Source: a virus (taxonomy: Duplodnaviria > Caudoviricetes). From it: a stretch of 38,338 nt of DNA. The position numbers and the translations under genes are program-made. The notes under the pieces are model-generated. The model saw nothing but the letters and a program-made list of their open reading frames with translations. It did not search any database and was not told the DNA's origin. Below, one piece after another: positions 18,591-26,572 of this stretch; position 1 is the stretch's first letter, and each line of letters opens with the position of its first letter. Location: IMG/VR virus record IMGVR_UViG_3300005573_000025, positions 1 to 38,338 of that record; one strand, given 5' to 3'.

Positions 18591-18902
18591 CTACCTCGCA
18601 ATCATATAAGTTACCTTAAGAACCCCATCCGAAGTCCCAGTCCTAATTGCCTTAAATTGACTTAAATTTTTATAACCTTCAATAGTCAAATTCTGACCAG
18701 CCTCCAATAAATGTCCCTCCGTCGAAGTCGGATTCGTTCCATCTATCCTCCACCTGATCTGAGCCCCCTCAAGCGTCATAAATGCCTTCACCTCATAAGC
18801 CGCATAAGCATTAAACTTACTTGCCGTCAAACCAACCGCTGTGCTACTCACTGTAACACTCTCATAATCAAAAGCCAAAAAAGCCCTAACCACTACCTGC
18901 AT
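18591..18902 (-). CDS. First gene of the virion operon, small beta-rich structural protein (start MQVVV at 18902)
   Basis: GGAGGTG SD before 18902; IRWRIDGTNPT..GHLLEAG motif. Confidence 0.65.
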   Translation of the reverse strand: MQVVVRAFLAFDYESVTVSSTAVGLTASKFNAYAAYEVKAFMTLEGAQIRWRIDGTNPTSTEGHLLEAGQNLTIEGYKNLSQFKAIRTGTSDGVLKVTYMIAR

Positions 18903-18927
18903 AAAACACCTCCATCCGTTTTTTCCC

Positions 18928-18957
18928 ATAATAAACATAAACTAAAAAACCTGTCAA
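18928..18957 (-). promoter_or_regulatory. sigma70-type promoter for the virion operon
   Basis: TTGACA (18957-18952), 18 nt spacer, TATTAT (18933-18928). Confidence 0.55.
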
Positions 18958-19330
18958 GACCCCCAAATTCAAAACCCACCTTAAAACGCAAAATTTGCGT
19001 TCTAAGACCATTAATCCTAAAACCCCATAAAAAACGCTTCCCCAACCATAAAAACACGCCACAACGCAAAATTTAAAACTACAGAGGCATTTCTATACTA
19101 CACCACAACCTCCAAAACCTAAAATTTTTCCCCTTGGGGGGGAAGGGAAGTAAGCGTCGCTTCACCTCGGCCTCAAAAGACCAATGAAGTATCCCCCCGA
19201 TCTACAAATTAGCATAAAACATAAAATACCAAATAAAATCAATAAGTTTAATAAAGTTAACATAATATAATATTATCAGACGTAGTTTTAATCATTGAGT
19301 CCTTATACATAGGATCTTATTCAAATACTA

Positions 19331-19580
19331 TAGTAGTTATAGGTACCTTAGTATTTGATAGGTACCAAGGATCTAATATGATCCTTAGTAGATATAAGAT
19401 CCTTAGTAGTTAATAGGTACCTTAGTAGATATAGGTACCGAGTATCTGTAATAGTTTAGGTACTTTAGAATAGAAGGAACGTAGTAACATAGAAGGAACG
19501 TATAGGAACTTTAGTAGTTATTGGTACTTTAGTAGATATAGGTACTTGGTAGATATAGGTACTTGGGTAGTTATAGGTAC
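19331..19580. repeat. Degenerate ~18-20 bp repeat cluster, consensus TAGTAGWTATAGGTACYT
   Basis: Nine GGTAC cores plus GATCC/GGAAC variants in the largest non-coding region. Confidence 0.85.
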
Positions 19581-19822
19581 GTGGTTTTGGTGTTCAATTT
19601 TGTGGGTTGAGTTCAATTTTGTGAGTTGCAGAAAGTTTAATGGGATCGGGAAGTTAGGAGTGTTTTTATTTTTTGTGAGTTCAAAAATGAACAAATTTTG
19701 GAGTGTGGCATTTTCCAACATAGGGTTAAGTATTGGAATTTATTTAAGAATTTTTTGGGCATGAATTTGCACAGAACTTGCATATAAAAAAGTAAAAGTT
19801 CAAAGAAAGGAGGAAAAAAATT

Positions 19823-20047
19823 ATGCAAGTAAACAATGGAAGGGTAGCACAAGAAACTTATCAAACAGGTGATCCAATTATCAAAAAAAGAGTAAAGGAG
19901 TTAAGGTCTAAAGGATATAAAGTCATTACAAGTTCAATGGGGATGCAAGTAACACCATTAGGATTAATCAAAATGACTTTAATAACAATTTTACCAGGTG
20001 AAAATTCTGATACTTTGGACATTGGAAGAATAGATTATCCAATTTAA
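19823..20047 (+). CDS. Hypothetical early protein
   Basis: AGGAGG SD. Confidence 0.65.
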   Translation: MQVNNGRVAQETYQTGDPIIKKRVKELRSKGYKVITSSMGMQVTPLGLIKMTLITILPGENSDTLDIGRIDYPI

Positions 20048-20184
20048 CTTTCTAAAAGATGTATGGAAGGGCTTAACAATTGAAGAAGCAAGACAATTAG
20101 GATGGACAGAAAGAGAAGATTGTTTGCAGGTAAGATTATGGGAATTGGGTTATAAAATTATTGAGTTAGAAAGGAGAAATAAAA

Positions 20185-20352
20185 ATGATTCATAGATTAA
20201 AAGAAAAATGCGATATTTGTAACAAAAAATTGTTAATTAGTATTCACGATGGAATAGGACCAACTTTGTATATTAGTAATGAAAAACGGTATTGCTCAAG
20301 ATGTTTTAAAAAAGAATTAGCCAAAAGGTCAATAAACGAAAAAGTCAAGTAA
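20185..20352 (+). CDS. Zn-finger microprotein (55 aa; CDIC...CSRC)
   Basis: Read by hand; AAGGAG SD. Confidence 0.6.
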   Translation: MIHRLKEKCDICNKKLLISIHDGIGPTLYISNEKRYCSRCFKKELAKRSINEKVK

Positions 20353-20376
20353 AAATTCAAAAAAGGAGGAAAAAAC

Positions 20377-20523
20377 ATGGGGAAGCTCTATTACTGCGAT
20401 GTATGTGGTAGATTTACTTGGGCCCTTTATGACCTTGTTCTTGAAAATGGGAATGTCATAGGAGTTTGTAGGGAATGCTATTATTCCATGCCTATTGACA
20501 AGCTTGAACTTGAAAATAATTAA
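20377..20523 (+). CDS. Zn-finger microprotein (48 aa; CDVC...CREC)
   Basis: Read by hand; AGGAGG SD. Confidence 0.65.
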   Translation: MGKLYYCDVCGRFTWALYDLVLENGNVIGVCRECYYSMPIDKLELENN

Positions 20524-20528
20524 ATTTA

Positions 20529-20665
20529 ATCCCCAGTCTTTGGTTCAGGTTTGACCGTAAGACCGAATGTCAGTTATTGGAACTGACCGCTGGGCGGGTC
20601 GGGAGCGTTCTGGCTCACCTGAACCTTAACGTTACGGGTGGAAATCCCGAGACGGGACTGGGGAT
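20529..20665 (+). ncRNA. Candidate structured ncRNA with nested stems and a T-loop-like hairpin
   Basis: GC-rich island; ATCCCCAGTCTT/GGGACTGGGGAT outer stem, GGTTCAGGT/ACCTGAACC inner stem, GTCAGTT/AACTGAC hairpin, CGGGTGGAAATCCCG hairpin. Strand is inferred from G-U pairs. Confidence 0.55.
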
Positions 20666-20745
20666 CCTATCAAAGACCACCTAAAATTGTCACAGACCTG
20701 ATTTTTATAGCAAAAAAACCTAATAATTTCAATAGCAAAAATGGG

Positions 20746-21138
20746 TCATTTTTGAACGTCAGGGGTATAGATACGCATTTTTTCGAGGTTTACTACTTTT
20801 TCAATATGCCTTAAAGGTATATTTTCCCTTTTAATCCAACTACTTACAGTTCCAACAGGTAACATCAAATAAATTGAAACTTTTTGTAGTCCAAGAGTTT
20901 TTAAAACGTGCCACGCTTTATTTTTTAATTCTTTCAATTCAAGAATCTTTTTTTCTCTTTCTTCCTTTAATTTCTGAAATCTAATATCTTGGCACACATG
21001 TTTTCCAAAACCCCAAGGTTTTCCACATCGAGCACAATAAATTTCAGTTTGGCCAATTTTAATTTTATAGCGTTTCTCAATTTTATACTTTTCTTTATCA
21101 ATAGATTTAGAACATCTATTAACCCAACTTTCTTCCAT
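20746..21138 (-). CDS. Zn-finger plus HTH DNA-binding protein
   Basis: CARCGK..HVC and a C-terminal HTH-like segment (PVGTVSSWIKRENIP). Confidence 0.55.
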   Translation of the reverse strand: MEESWVNRCSKSIDKEKYKIEKRYKIKIGQTEIYCARCGKPWGFGKHVCQDIRFQKLKEEREKKILELKELKNKAWHVLKTLGLQKVSIYLMLPVGTVSSWIKRENIPLRHIEKVVNLEKMRIYTPDVQK

Positions 21139-21148
21139 AATTTCCTCC

Positions 21149-21433
21149 TTACAGCAATTTTAAAAAATCATTCAACCTTAACACAACTAAAGGTTCTTCT
21201 CTATCCGATCCTACAATAACCCCATCGTTACCGATGAGCCACTTACGGATTTCTTTAAATCCGTGGCCACGTTTTTTACATTCAAACCTACGGCCCCCAA
21301 TGGAAATATCCCAATGTTCCCCTTCATTAGCTCTACTCATCCTGTTTCGGTATGCTTTTAATCCAAAAGATTCCGCTAAATGAACCAATTCTCTTTCAAA
21401 CCTATCACCTTTTGCCTTGAATTTGTTAGCCAT
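21149..21433 (-). CDS. Holliday junction resolvase (Hjc-like PD-(D/E)xK nuclease)
   Basis: KAKGDRFERELV ... D ... ECK motif. Confidence 0.8.
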   Translation of the reverse strand: MANKFKAKGDRFERELVHLAESFGLKAYRNRMSRANEGEHWDISIGGRRFECKKRGHGFKEIRKWLIGNDGVIVGSDREEPLVVLRLNDFLKLL

Positions 21434-21461
21434 TCATTTCTCTCCATGCCTTTTAGAATTC

Positions 21462-21671
21462 CTAAAACTTTGTTGGCCATTTCAAATTTATCTCATCTCT
21501 CTCCGCAGAACCCCTTGGAATTCCTAAAATACAGAATATGCAATAATCTCCTTTACCATTTTCTTCTGTTTCACCTTCATAATAAGCTTTTTTAAATTTC
21601 TCTCCACATTGTTTACACACATTTTCTACTATCCCCATTATTTTTAAATTTTTTTTTCTATCTTTACACAT
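21462..21671 (-). CDS. Zn-finger microprotein
   Basis: CKQC and CIFC. Confidence 0.5.
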   Translation of the reverse strand: MCKDRKKNLKIMGIVENVCKQCGEKFKKAYYEGETEENGKGDYCIFCILGIPRGSAERDEINLKWPTKF

Positions 21672-21728
21672 TTTTTCATCTCCTTATGAACTACTTTCCT
21701 TTCAAATTTATCTCATTTAGCTCTGAAT

Positions 21729-21911
21729 TTATTCATCTTTTTTTCCTTTCTTTTTGCTCTGGTAAATATGCCAGTTTTTATGTTCTTTTGCCTGCTCCAA
21801 CTTTACGTATATTTCATGTTCAATATTTACACTTCTGCCACACATAAGGCAATGTGGCCCTAACCCATCAAATCTATCTATTACTATTCCTCCGCACCAA
21901 ATACACTTCAT
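21729..21911 (-). CDS. Zn-finger microprotein
   Basis: CIWC and CLMC; GGAG SD. Confidence 0.6.
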   Translation of the reverse strand: MKCIWCGGIVIDRFDGLGPHCLMCGRSVNIEHEIYVKLEQAKEHKNWHIYQSKKKGKKDE

Positions 21912-22058
21912 TTTTACTCCATCTTTTCTTTTTAATCTTAATTGGCTGACAATACCTCAAATGTTCTTCATAGGCTTTTTTATCCCTTTCTTCTTCATCT
22001 ATATTTAAAAATATGGCACTGCAAATATTACAAACTATCATTCAATAAACTTAATTGC

Positions 22059-23153
22059 TTATTCTTTTTCAATTTGGTATTTTATTGCTTTCAAAATCTC
22101 TATTGCTACTTGCGGAACTATTGCATTACCAAGTGCTTTTAATCTTTCTCGCCTATGTTTTGCTGGGCTAATGGTAATTCCGTCCATCCTTCTGGAAAGC
22201 CCATCATCCACTCCACAAAGGCAGGTTGCAAACGCAACTTCTTTCCAGTCTCTTCCCCAATCTTGGCTATTTGGTCTCGCATCTTCAGCTTCGGTGCTTT
22301 TGCATTCCAGTATTTGTCGTCTGTTTTTTCTCCTCCCACTCCTTCGCTTGCTGATGGAGTTTTGAGTAATTTGGGTAAATCCATTGTTTCTCTTCCTGTT
22401 GCCCCCTTCCAATCTCTTGCTTGTGGGGTCGGAAGTATTATTGACTTCCAAAATTCTGTCTTTCTTAAATCGGTCACTCTCCCAAATTGTATTTGTTCTG
22501 CAAGGTTGCCTAGAGGAACTGATTTGTGTCCTGTTTTTATTCTGTTCATCTGTCTCTTTAAAAAACTCTCTTTGCTTTTTCGTTCTATTATCACCGCTGA
22601 TGGAGTGAGCAATAATCCAGACCCTATCTCTTCTGTGCGGGGCGTTGACGGATACAGCTGGAATAATAAACGTTTGGACTTCGTAACCTTCGGCTTCCAA
22701 ATCAGAATACGCTTGCTCGAATACCAATCCGCCTTCAATAGTAAGTATTCCACAAACATTTTCAGCGATGATCCATTGCGGTTTGATAAGTTGAATAGCT
22801 CTAAACATTTCTGGCCAGAGGAAACGATTATCCTGCGTGCCTCGTTTTTTCCCAGCGTGAGAGAAGGGCTGGCAGGGGAAGCCACCTGTAAGAATTGTAA
22901 CATATTTGGAAGTCTGTCGTGCTTTATACTCCCACCTTTGATATCCCTTACTTGTGGAGTTGGCAATAAACTCCCGAATGTCGCCCCAGTATTCTCCTTC
23001 TGGCCAGTGCTTTTTAAGAACTGCTTGGCAAAATGGTTCGATTTCTGAAAAAACATGATAGACATTTCTTTTCCCCCATACATAATCTACTGCTAATGAA
23101 AAACCACCTATTCCAGCGAATAGATCATAATGAATTATCTTTTTGTTTCCCAT
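22059..23153 (-). CDS. C5-cytosine DNA methyltransferase, catalytic (alpha) polypeptide
   Basis: Motif I DLFAGIGGF, IV GGFPCQPFS, VI ENV, VIII HRRDRVWI, X LKALGNAIVPQV; motif IX not seen. Confidence 0.92.
   Translation of the reverse strand: MGNKKIIHYDLFAGIGGFSLAVDYVWGKRNVYHVFSEIEPFCQAVLKKHWPEGEYWGDIREFIANSTSKGYQRWEYKARQTSKYVTILTGGFPCQPFSHAGKKRGTQDNRFLWPEMFRAIQLIKPQWIIAENVCGILTIEGGLVFEQAYSDLEAEGYEVQTFIIPAVSVNAPHRRDRVWIIAHSISGDNRTKKQREFFKETDEQNKNRTQISSSRQPCRTNTIWESDRFKKDRILEVNNTSDPTSKRLEGGNRKRNNGFTQITQNSISKRRSGRRKNRRQILECKSTEAEDARPNSQDWGRDWKEVAFATCLCGVDDGLSRRMDGITISPAKHRRERLKALGNAIVPQVAIEILKAIKYQIEKE
22139..23083 (-). CDS. Nested alternative-frame methyltransferase (beta) polypeptide carrying target-recognition repeats and motif IX
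   Basis: Repeated LPTP/LTPS/KTPS motifs and terminal LQPAFVEWMMGFPEGWT; start site uncertain. Confidence 0.75.
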   Translation of the reverse strand: MYGGKEMSIMFFQKSNHFAKQFLKSTGQKENTGATFGSLLPTPQVRDIKGGSIKHDRLPNMLQFLQVASPASPSLTLGKNEARRIIVSSGQKCLELFNLSNRNGSSLKMFVEYLLLKADWYSSKRILIWKPKVTKSKRLLFQLYPSTPRTEEIGSGLLLTPSAVIIERKSKESFLKRQMNRIKTGHKSVPLGNLAEQIQFGRVTDLRKTEFWKSIILPTPQARDWKGATGRETMDLPKLLKTPSASEGVGGEKTDDKYWNAKAPKLKMRDQIAKIGEETGKKLRLQPAFVEWMMGFPEGWTELPLAQQNIGEKD

Positions 23154-23230
23154 ATAAAGTGTTCTTTATAAGCTTTTTAACTCTATTTAATTCATACTGA
23201 AAAATATAGCACCACAAACGTTACAGATTA

Positions 23231-25054
23231 TCAAGTTTTTTCTCTATACCAGTTATCACTTATTTTTATAAATTTTGCACCTTGAATTAGCTTAAAATCA
23301 ATTTGCAGTCCATCAGGTCTAAGATCACTCGCCCAATTCTTACCACTGATAATTTTTAAGATTCCTCCTTTGCTTATTGACAAATATAATCTTGCTTTTT
23401 CTAAACTTCTCTGACCCCCAAGTCCCCAATCAACACCAGGATTTTTTTGAATCGCAATAATACAAATACCCTTATTTAGTTTATCATAAATTTTTCTAAT
23501 AAATAATCCAATTTTATAGAATTCTTCGTAAATTTCTAAAAAGTCAATAATGTTAATATCATCGGGATAAACAACATCATGAAAGTCTGACACTCGTTCT
23601 CTAAAATCTATTGCTTTCCACTTTTCTAATGGGACCTCAAATTTTTTTAATCTTTTTTTAAGTTCAGATGGGGACATTTCGGATGAAAAATAATGGATTG
23701 TTTTATCAAGATTCAAAAGGCAGGTGTTTAAAAGAAAACTTGTTTTTCCTGCATCTTTTTCACCTGCTACAACACAAATACTTTTAGAAGGAATTTCGAC
23801 TATTTTTTCTATCTCAAAAGGAAACTTTATATCAACCGATTTTTCATCAGAATTTAACCAATCAATCTTATCTGAGTCTACAGAAACACATTTATAAAAA
23901 CCCGATTTATCCTCTATTTTTTCTATAACCCCTTGATCACAAAGGCGTTTTAAAGCAATCCATACACTTTTCTTTTCCTGTCTTGTAGACACTTGTAGGC
24001 ACGTGTAGACATCATGTAGACAGAATGTAGACACCTTGTAGACACTCAACCACTGTCTGATTTCTTCCGCTAAATTTCTTTCTTTACGCTCAAATCTCTT
24101 AAAAGCAGACTGGAAAATTGTTTCTATTTCTTTTTGCCCTAAAGGAGGAGATGTATTTTTCCCAATAATTTCAACTGCTTTCAATGCAATATCTTTATAA
24201 CATCCCCCTCGCAACATCGAATAAGCAACATGAAAAAGATCCTCATTCCTTGACCCTTCCTGAAAAGCATTGTAGACAGTTGTAGACCTTGTAGACACTT
24301 GTAGACCGCTTAAAACGTGTTCTTTAATAAAATCGCTAACTTGCTCTTTCTCTTGCAGGTTGGTTTCTGATACGTTAGTATTATTTGCTACTAAGGTAGT
24401 TATATCTACTAAAGTAGATATATTATTACTAGTATTATTAATATTATTATTAATATTATTAATATTATTATTAATATATTTAGTATTAGTTCCTATTTTT
24501 TTTTCTTTTTCTTTTTCTTTGGTTCTTTCTTTTTCTTTTTCTTTTTTAAACCAGCCTTGCTTTAAAAAACAAGTTAACTCTTCAGGTATTGCAGGAGGTT
24601 CAGTTTCAAAAATACTCAAACCATCCAACCATTGCCATTTACCTCTTTTGCTAACGGATGGTGCAACAGTGATAAGACCGCCATTTGTTTTTATATCTAT
24701 TCCATTGAGAAGGTTAGGCTTGCTTGAAAAACCATCCATATAAGTAAAAAAGAAGTGCATACCTCCGCGAGGGGTTTTCTGACAGGGGACTAAAAGACTT
24801 TCGGGTATGAGTTCTTGAATCTTCTGGGTTGCTTCTTGAGTATCTGTATCTATAACAAGCAGATTCGATATTTTACCTGTAATAACTGCAATGTTTGCTG
24901 AGGGATACTTTTCCCACCATTGTTCAATCTGTTCTTTAGTTTGTTTTTCTTTTTGCCACTTTTCCCATGAAACTAATGGTTTTTTATTCTTATTTACAGG
25001 AATGATATTATAGCCTTTTTCAAAATACTTTAAAGCTTCATTAAGTAAGTCCAT
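23231..25054 (-). CDS. Bifunctional primase-polymerase fused to PriCT and a RecA/DnaB-like helicase domain
   Basis: NIAVITG..LLVIDTD, TPRGGMHFFF, GIDIK..GGLITVAPS (Prim-Pol); EGSRN (PriCT); Walker A GEKDAGKT, IIDFL. Confidence 0.85.
   Translation of the reverse strand: MDLLNEALKYFEKGYNIIPVNKNKKPLVSWEKWQKEKQTKEQIEQWWEKYPSANIAVITGKISNLLVIDTDTQEATQKIQELIPESLLVPCQKTPRGGMHFFFTYMDGFSSKPNLLNGIDIKTNGGLITVAPSVSKRGKWQWLDGLSIFETEPPAIPEELTCFLKQGWFKKEKEKERTKEKEKEKKIGTNTKYINNNINNINNNINNTSNNISTLVDITTLVANNTNVSETNLQEKEQVSDFIKEHVLSGLQVSTRSTTVYNAFQEGSRNEDLFHVAYSMLRGGCYKDIALKAVEIIGKNTSPPLGQKEIETIFQSAFKRFERKERNLAEEIRQWLSVYKVSTFCLHDVYTCLQVSTRQEKKSVWIALKRLCDQGVIEKIEDKSGFYKCVSVDSDKIDWLNSDEKSVDIKFPFEIEKIVEIPSKSICVVAGEKDAGKTSFLLNTCLLNLDKTIHYFSSEMSPSELKKRLKKFEVPLEKWKAIDFRERVSDFHDVVYPDDINIIDFLEIYEEFYKIGLFIRKIYDKLNKGICIIAIQKNPGVDWGLGGQRSLEKARLYLSISKGGILKIISGKNWASDLRPDGLQIDFKLIQGAKFIKISDNWYREKT
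23984..24306. repeat. TGTAGAC iteron-like repeats (6+4 copies) inside the primase-helicase gene; candidate replication origin
   Basis: Copies at 23984, 23994 (1 mismatch), 24004, 24015, 24026, 24037 and 24271, 24281, 24290, 24300; AT-rich tract at ~24420-24550. Confidence 0.75.
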
Positions 25055-25499
25055 TTTTCAAGTCCTGTTCAATTAAATTAATGCAATCCAGAAGAGAAGA
25101 TAAGTTTCTATCAAACCTAATTCTTTTTTCGATATTTTTGCGATACCAGGATAATGAGTCTTTTAAAATTTCTTTTCGAGATGGTTGATTCTGGTAGTGT
25201 ATTCTAAAAAGAAGGGATCGCCATACTTTATTGGCAAGGTGGTTTATTTCATAACCTCTTTTTGCACACAATTTGCCAATGTCTTTTTCTTTCATTTTAC
25301 CAAGTTCAGAAAAAGTAATTGTTTTTATACCCTCAATTCCACCTCTACAAATAGAAAGGTCTTGTCTTGCCTTATTAGAGCAATTTTGGCAACAAAAGAT
25401 AGGGTTTTCTACCGTTGATTTACCCGATGGATAGTCTTTAGTGTAAAATTTTAATTGAGTCGCTTCTTGGCCGCAATACAGACATTTGGGATTGGTCAT
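25041..25499 (-). CDS. Zn-finger hypothetical protein
   Basis: CLYC and CQNC. Confidence 0.6.
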   Translation of the reverse strand: MTNPKCLYCGQEATQLKFYTKDYPSGKSTVENPIFCCQNCSNKARQDLSICRGGIEGIKTITFSELGKMKEKDIGKLCAKRGYEINHLANKVWRSLLFRIHYQNQPSRKEILKDSLSWYRKNIEKRIRFDRNLSSLLDCINLIEQDLKNGLT

Positions 25500-25553
25500 G
25501 ATTATTCCCCCGAAAACAAAAAACCCTAAGAGGGATGAACCAAACAGGAAGGC

Positions 25554-25784
25554 CTAAAGGGAGTTCTCAAAGGGTTCTTGTTTTCGGATAATGAAAGACT
25601 TTAAACTTTCTTCCAATTCTTTTAATAATTCCAAGTCGTTAGGTCTAAAATATATCCAGGGTATACCAGTAAATTTTGAGATTTTTTTGGCAAGATTCCT
25701 GCTCGGGACTCTTTTAAACCGTAGGATTCCGTTTAGGTAACTTCTCGGAATTCCTAATTTTTTAGCCAATTCCCCCTGTGTCAT
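25554..25784 (-). CDS. Cro/CI-type HTH transcriptional regulator
   Basis: MTQGELAKKLGIPRSYLNGILRFKRVPS..LAKKIS. Confidence 0.85.
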   Translation of the reverse strand: MTQGELAKKLGIPRSYLNGILRFKRVPSRNLAKKISKFTGIPWIYFRPNDLELLKELEESLKSFIIRKQEPFENSL

Positions 25785-25790
25785 GATTAT

Positions 25791-25818
25791 ATTATATCAA
25801 GTTTTTTTTATTTGTCAA
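25791..25818 (-). promoter_or_regulatory. Leftward sigma70 promoter (leaderless transcript of the HTH gene)
   Basis: TTGACA 25818-25813, 16 nt spacer, TGnTATAAT (-10 at 25796-25791), ATG at 25784. Confidence 0.75.
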
Positions 25819-25848
25819 TAGGGGAATTGAAATTTGTATAAAAAAATC

Positions 25849-25877
25849 TTGACAAACATGTTTTTTTATGATATAGT
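25849..25877 (+). promoter_or_regulatory. Rightward sigma70 promoter
   Basis: TTGACA 25849-25854, 17 nt spacer, TGnTATAGT (-10 at 25872-25877), ATG at 25884. Confidence 0.75.
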
Positions 25878-25883
25878 GTAGCC

Positions 25884-26156
25884 ATGAAAAATTGCAGAAA
25901 TTGTTATTCATGCGACTTTGATTGCTCTCCTATGGAAAGAAATAAATACATAACCTGCCTTAACTGCCTTTATTTAAAGTTTCAAAAACAAAATAAAGTT
26001 TATGTCATTTTTTGTAAAATGAGAATGTGGGAAGATTTTTATGGTGCAGAAAAAGTCTTTAAAATATCTGACCAGGAATTGCGAGAAAATAGAATTAAGG
26101 TTAGGAAAACATTTTTTATTGCAGAAAAATGCAAATTTTTTGAAAGTGTGGATTAG
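25884..26156 (+). CDS. Cys-rich hypothetical protein
   Basis: CRNC, CLNC and further Cys; first gene after the promoter. Confidence 0.6.
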   Translation: MKNCRNCYSCDFDCSPMERNKYITCLNCLYLKFQKQNKVYVIFCKMRMWEDFYGAEKVFKISDQELRENRIKVRKTFFIAEKCKFFESVD

Positions 26157-26165
26157 GGAGGATTT

Positions 26166-26357
26166 ATGTTTGAAATTTATAGACATGGCGATGGCGATTT
26201 TACTATTTATATTGAATTTCCGACTTCTTTAGTATATTTTACTATTTCACCAACTCATATACGAATTTCATTTGGGAAAGAAATTGAAGAAAAAATAAAG
26301 GAGTTTTTCATTGCAGAAAAAAATAATAACATAAATTTGATGATTGTAGATAAATGA
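26166..26357 (+). CDS. Hypothetical protein
   Basis: GGAGG SD. Confidence 0.6.
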   Translation: MFEIYRHGDGDFTIYIEFPTSLVYFTISPTHIRISFGKEIEEKIKEFFIAEKNNNINLMIVDK

Positions 26358-26372
26358 ATAAGGAGGAAGAAA

Positions 26373-26558
26373 ATGGAAGAACCCAAAAAAATAATGACAC
26401 CTGAAGAGTTTGCGGAAAAAATGAAAAAAATATTCAAAGGCAATGATATAGAGGAAGAACATTTTGAGGCTGATGAATTGATGTTGGAATTATTGGAGGA
26501 TTTGGGTTATGAAGATGGGGTAAGAGTTTTTGTTGAAGCTAAAAAATGGTATGCTTAA
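26373..26558 (+). CDS. Small acidic hypothetical phage protein
   Basis: AGGAGG SD; HFEADELM..LGY..GV..F..KWYA pattern. Confidence 0.7.
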   Translation: MEEPKKIMTPEEFAEKMKKIFKGNDIEEEHFEADELMLELLEDLGYEDGVRVFVEAKKWYA

Positions 26559-26572
26559 AAGGAGGTGCAAAT

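Noticed and set aside
19331-19580. CRISPR array
   Set aside because: The repeats are degenerate, mostly adjacent, and lack unique spacers of constant length.
19755-19785. sigma54 (-24/-12) promoter upstream of 19823
   Set aside because: TGGGCATGAATTTGCA and TTGCACAGAACTTGCA each only partly match the consensus, which is too weak to call.
19518-19864. ORFs 19518..19721, 19546..19764 and 19637..19864
   Set aside because: They arise from repeats and skewed composition, with no SD or protein-like features.
20529-20665. tRNA gene
   Set aside because: It has only a T-arm-like hairpin, with no cloverleaf, anticodon arm or acceptor/CCA end.
22155-23048. 297-aa antisense ORF as a third overlapping gene
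   Set aside because: It looks like an antisense shadow of the nested beta ORF, with no SD or recognisable motifs.
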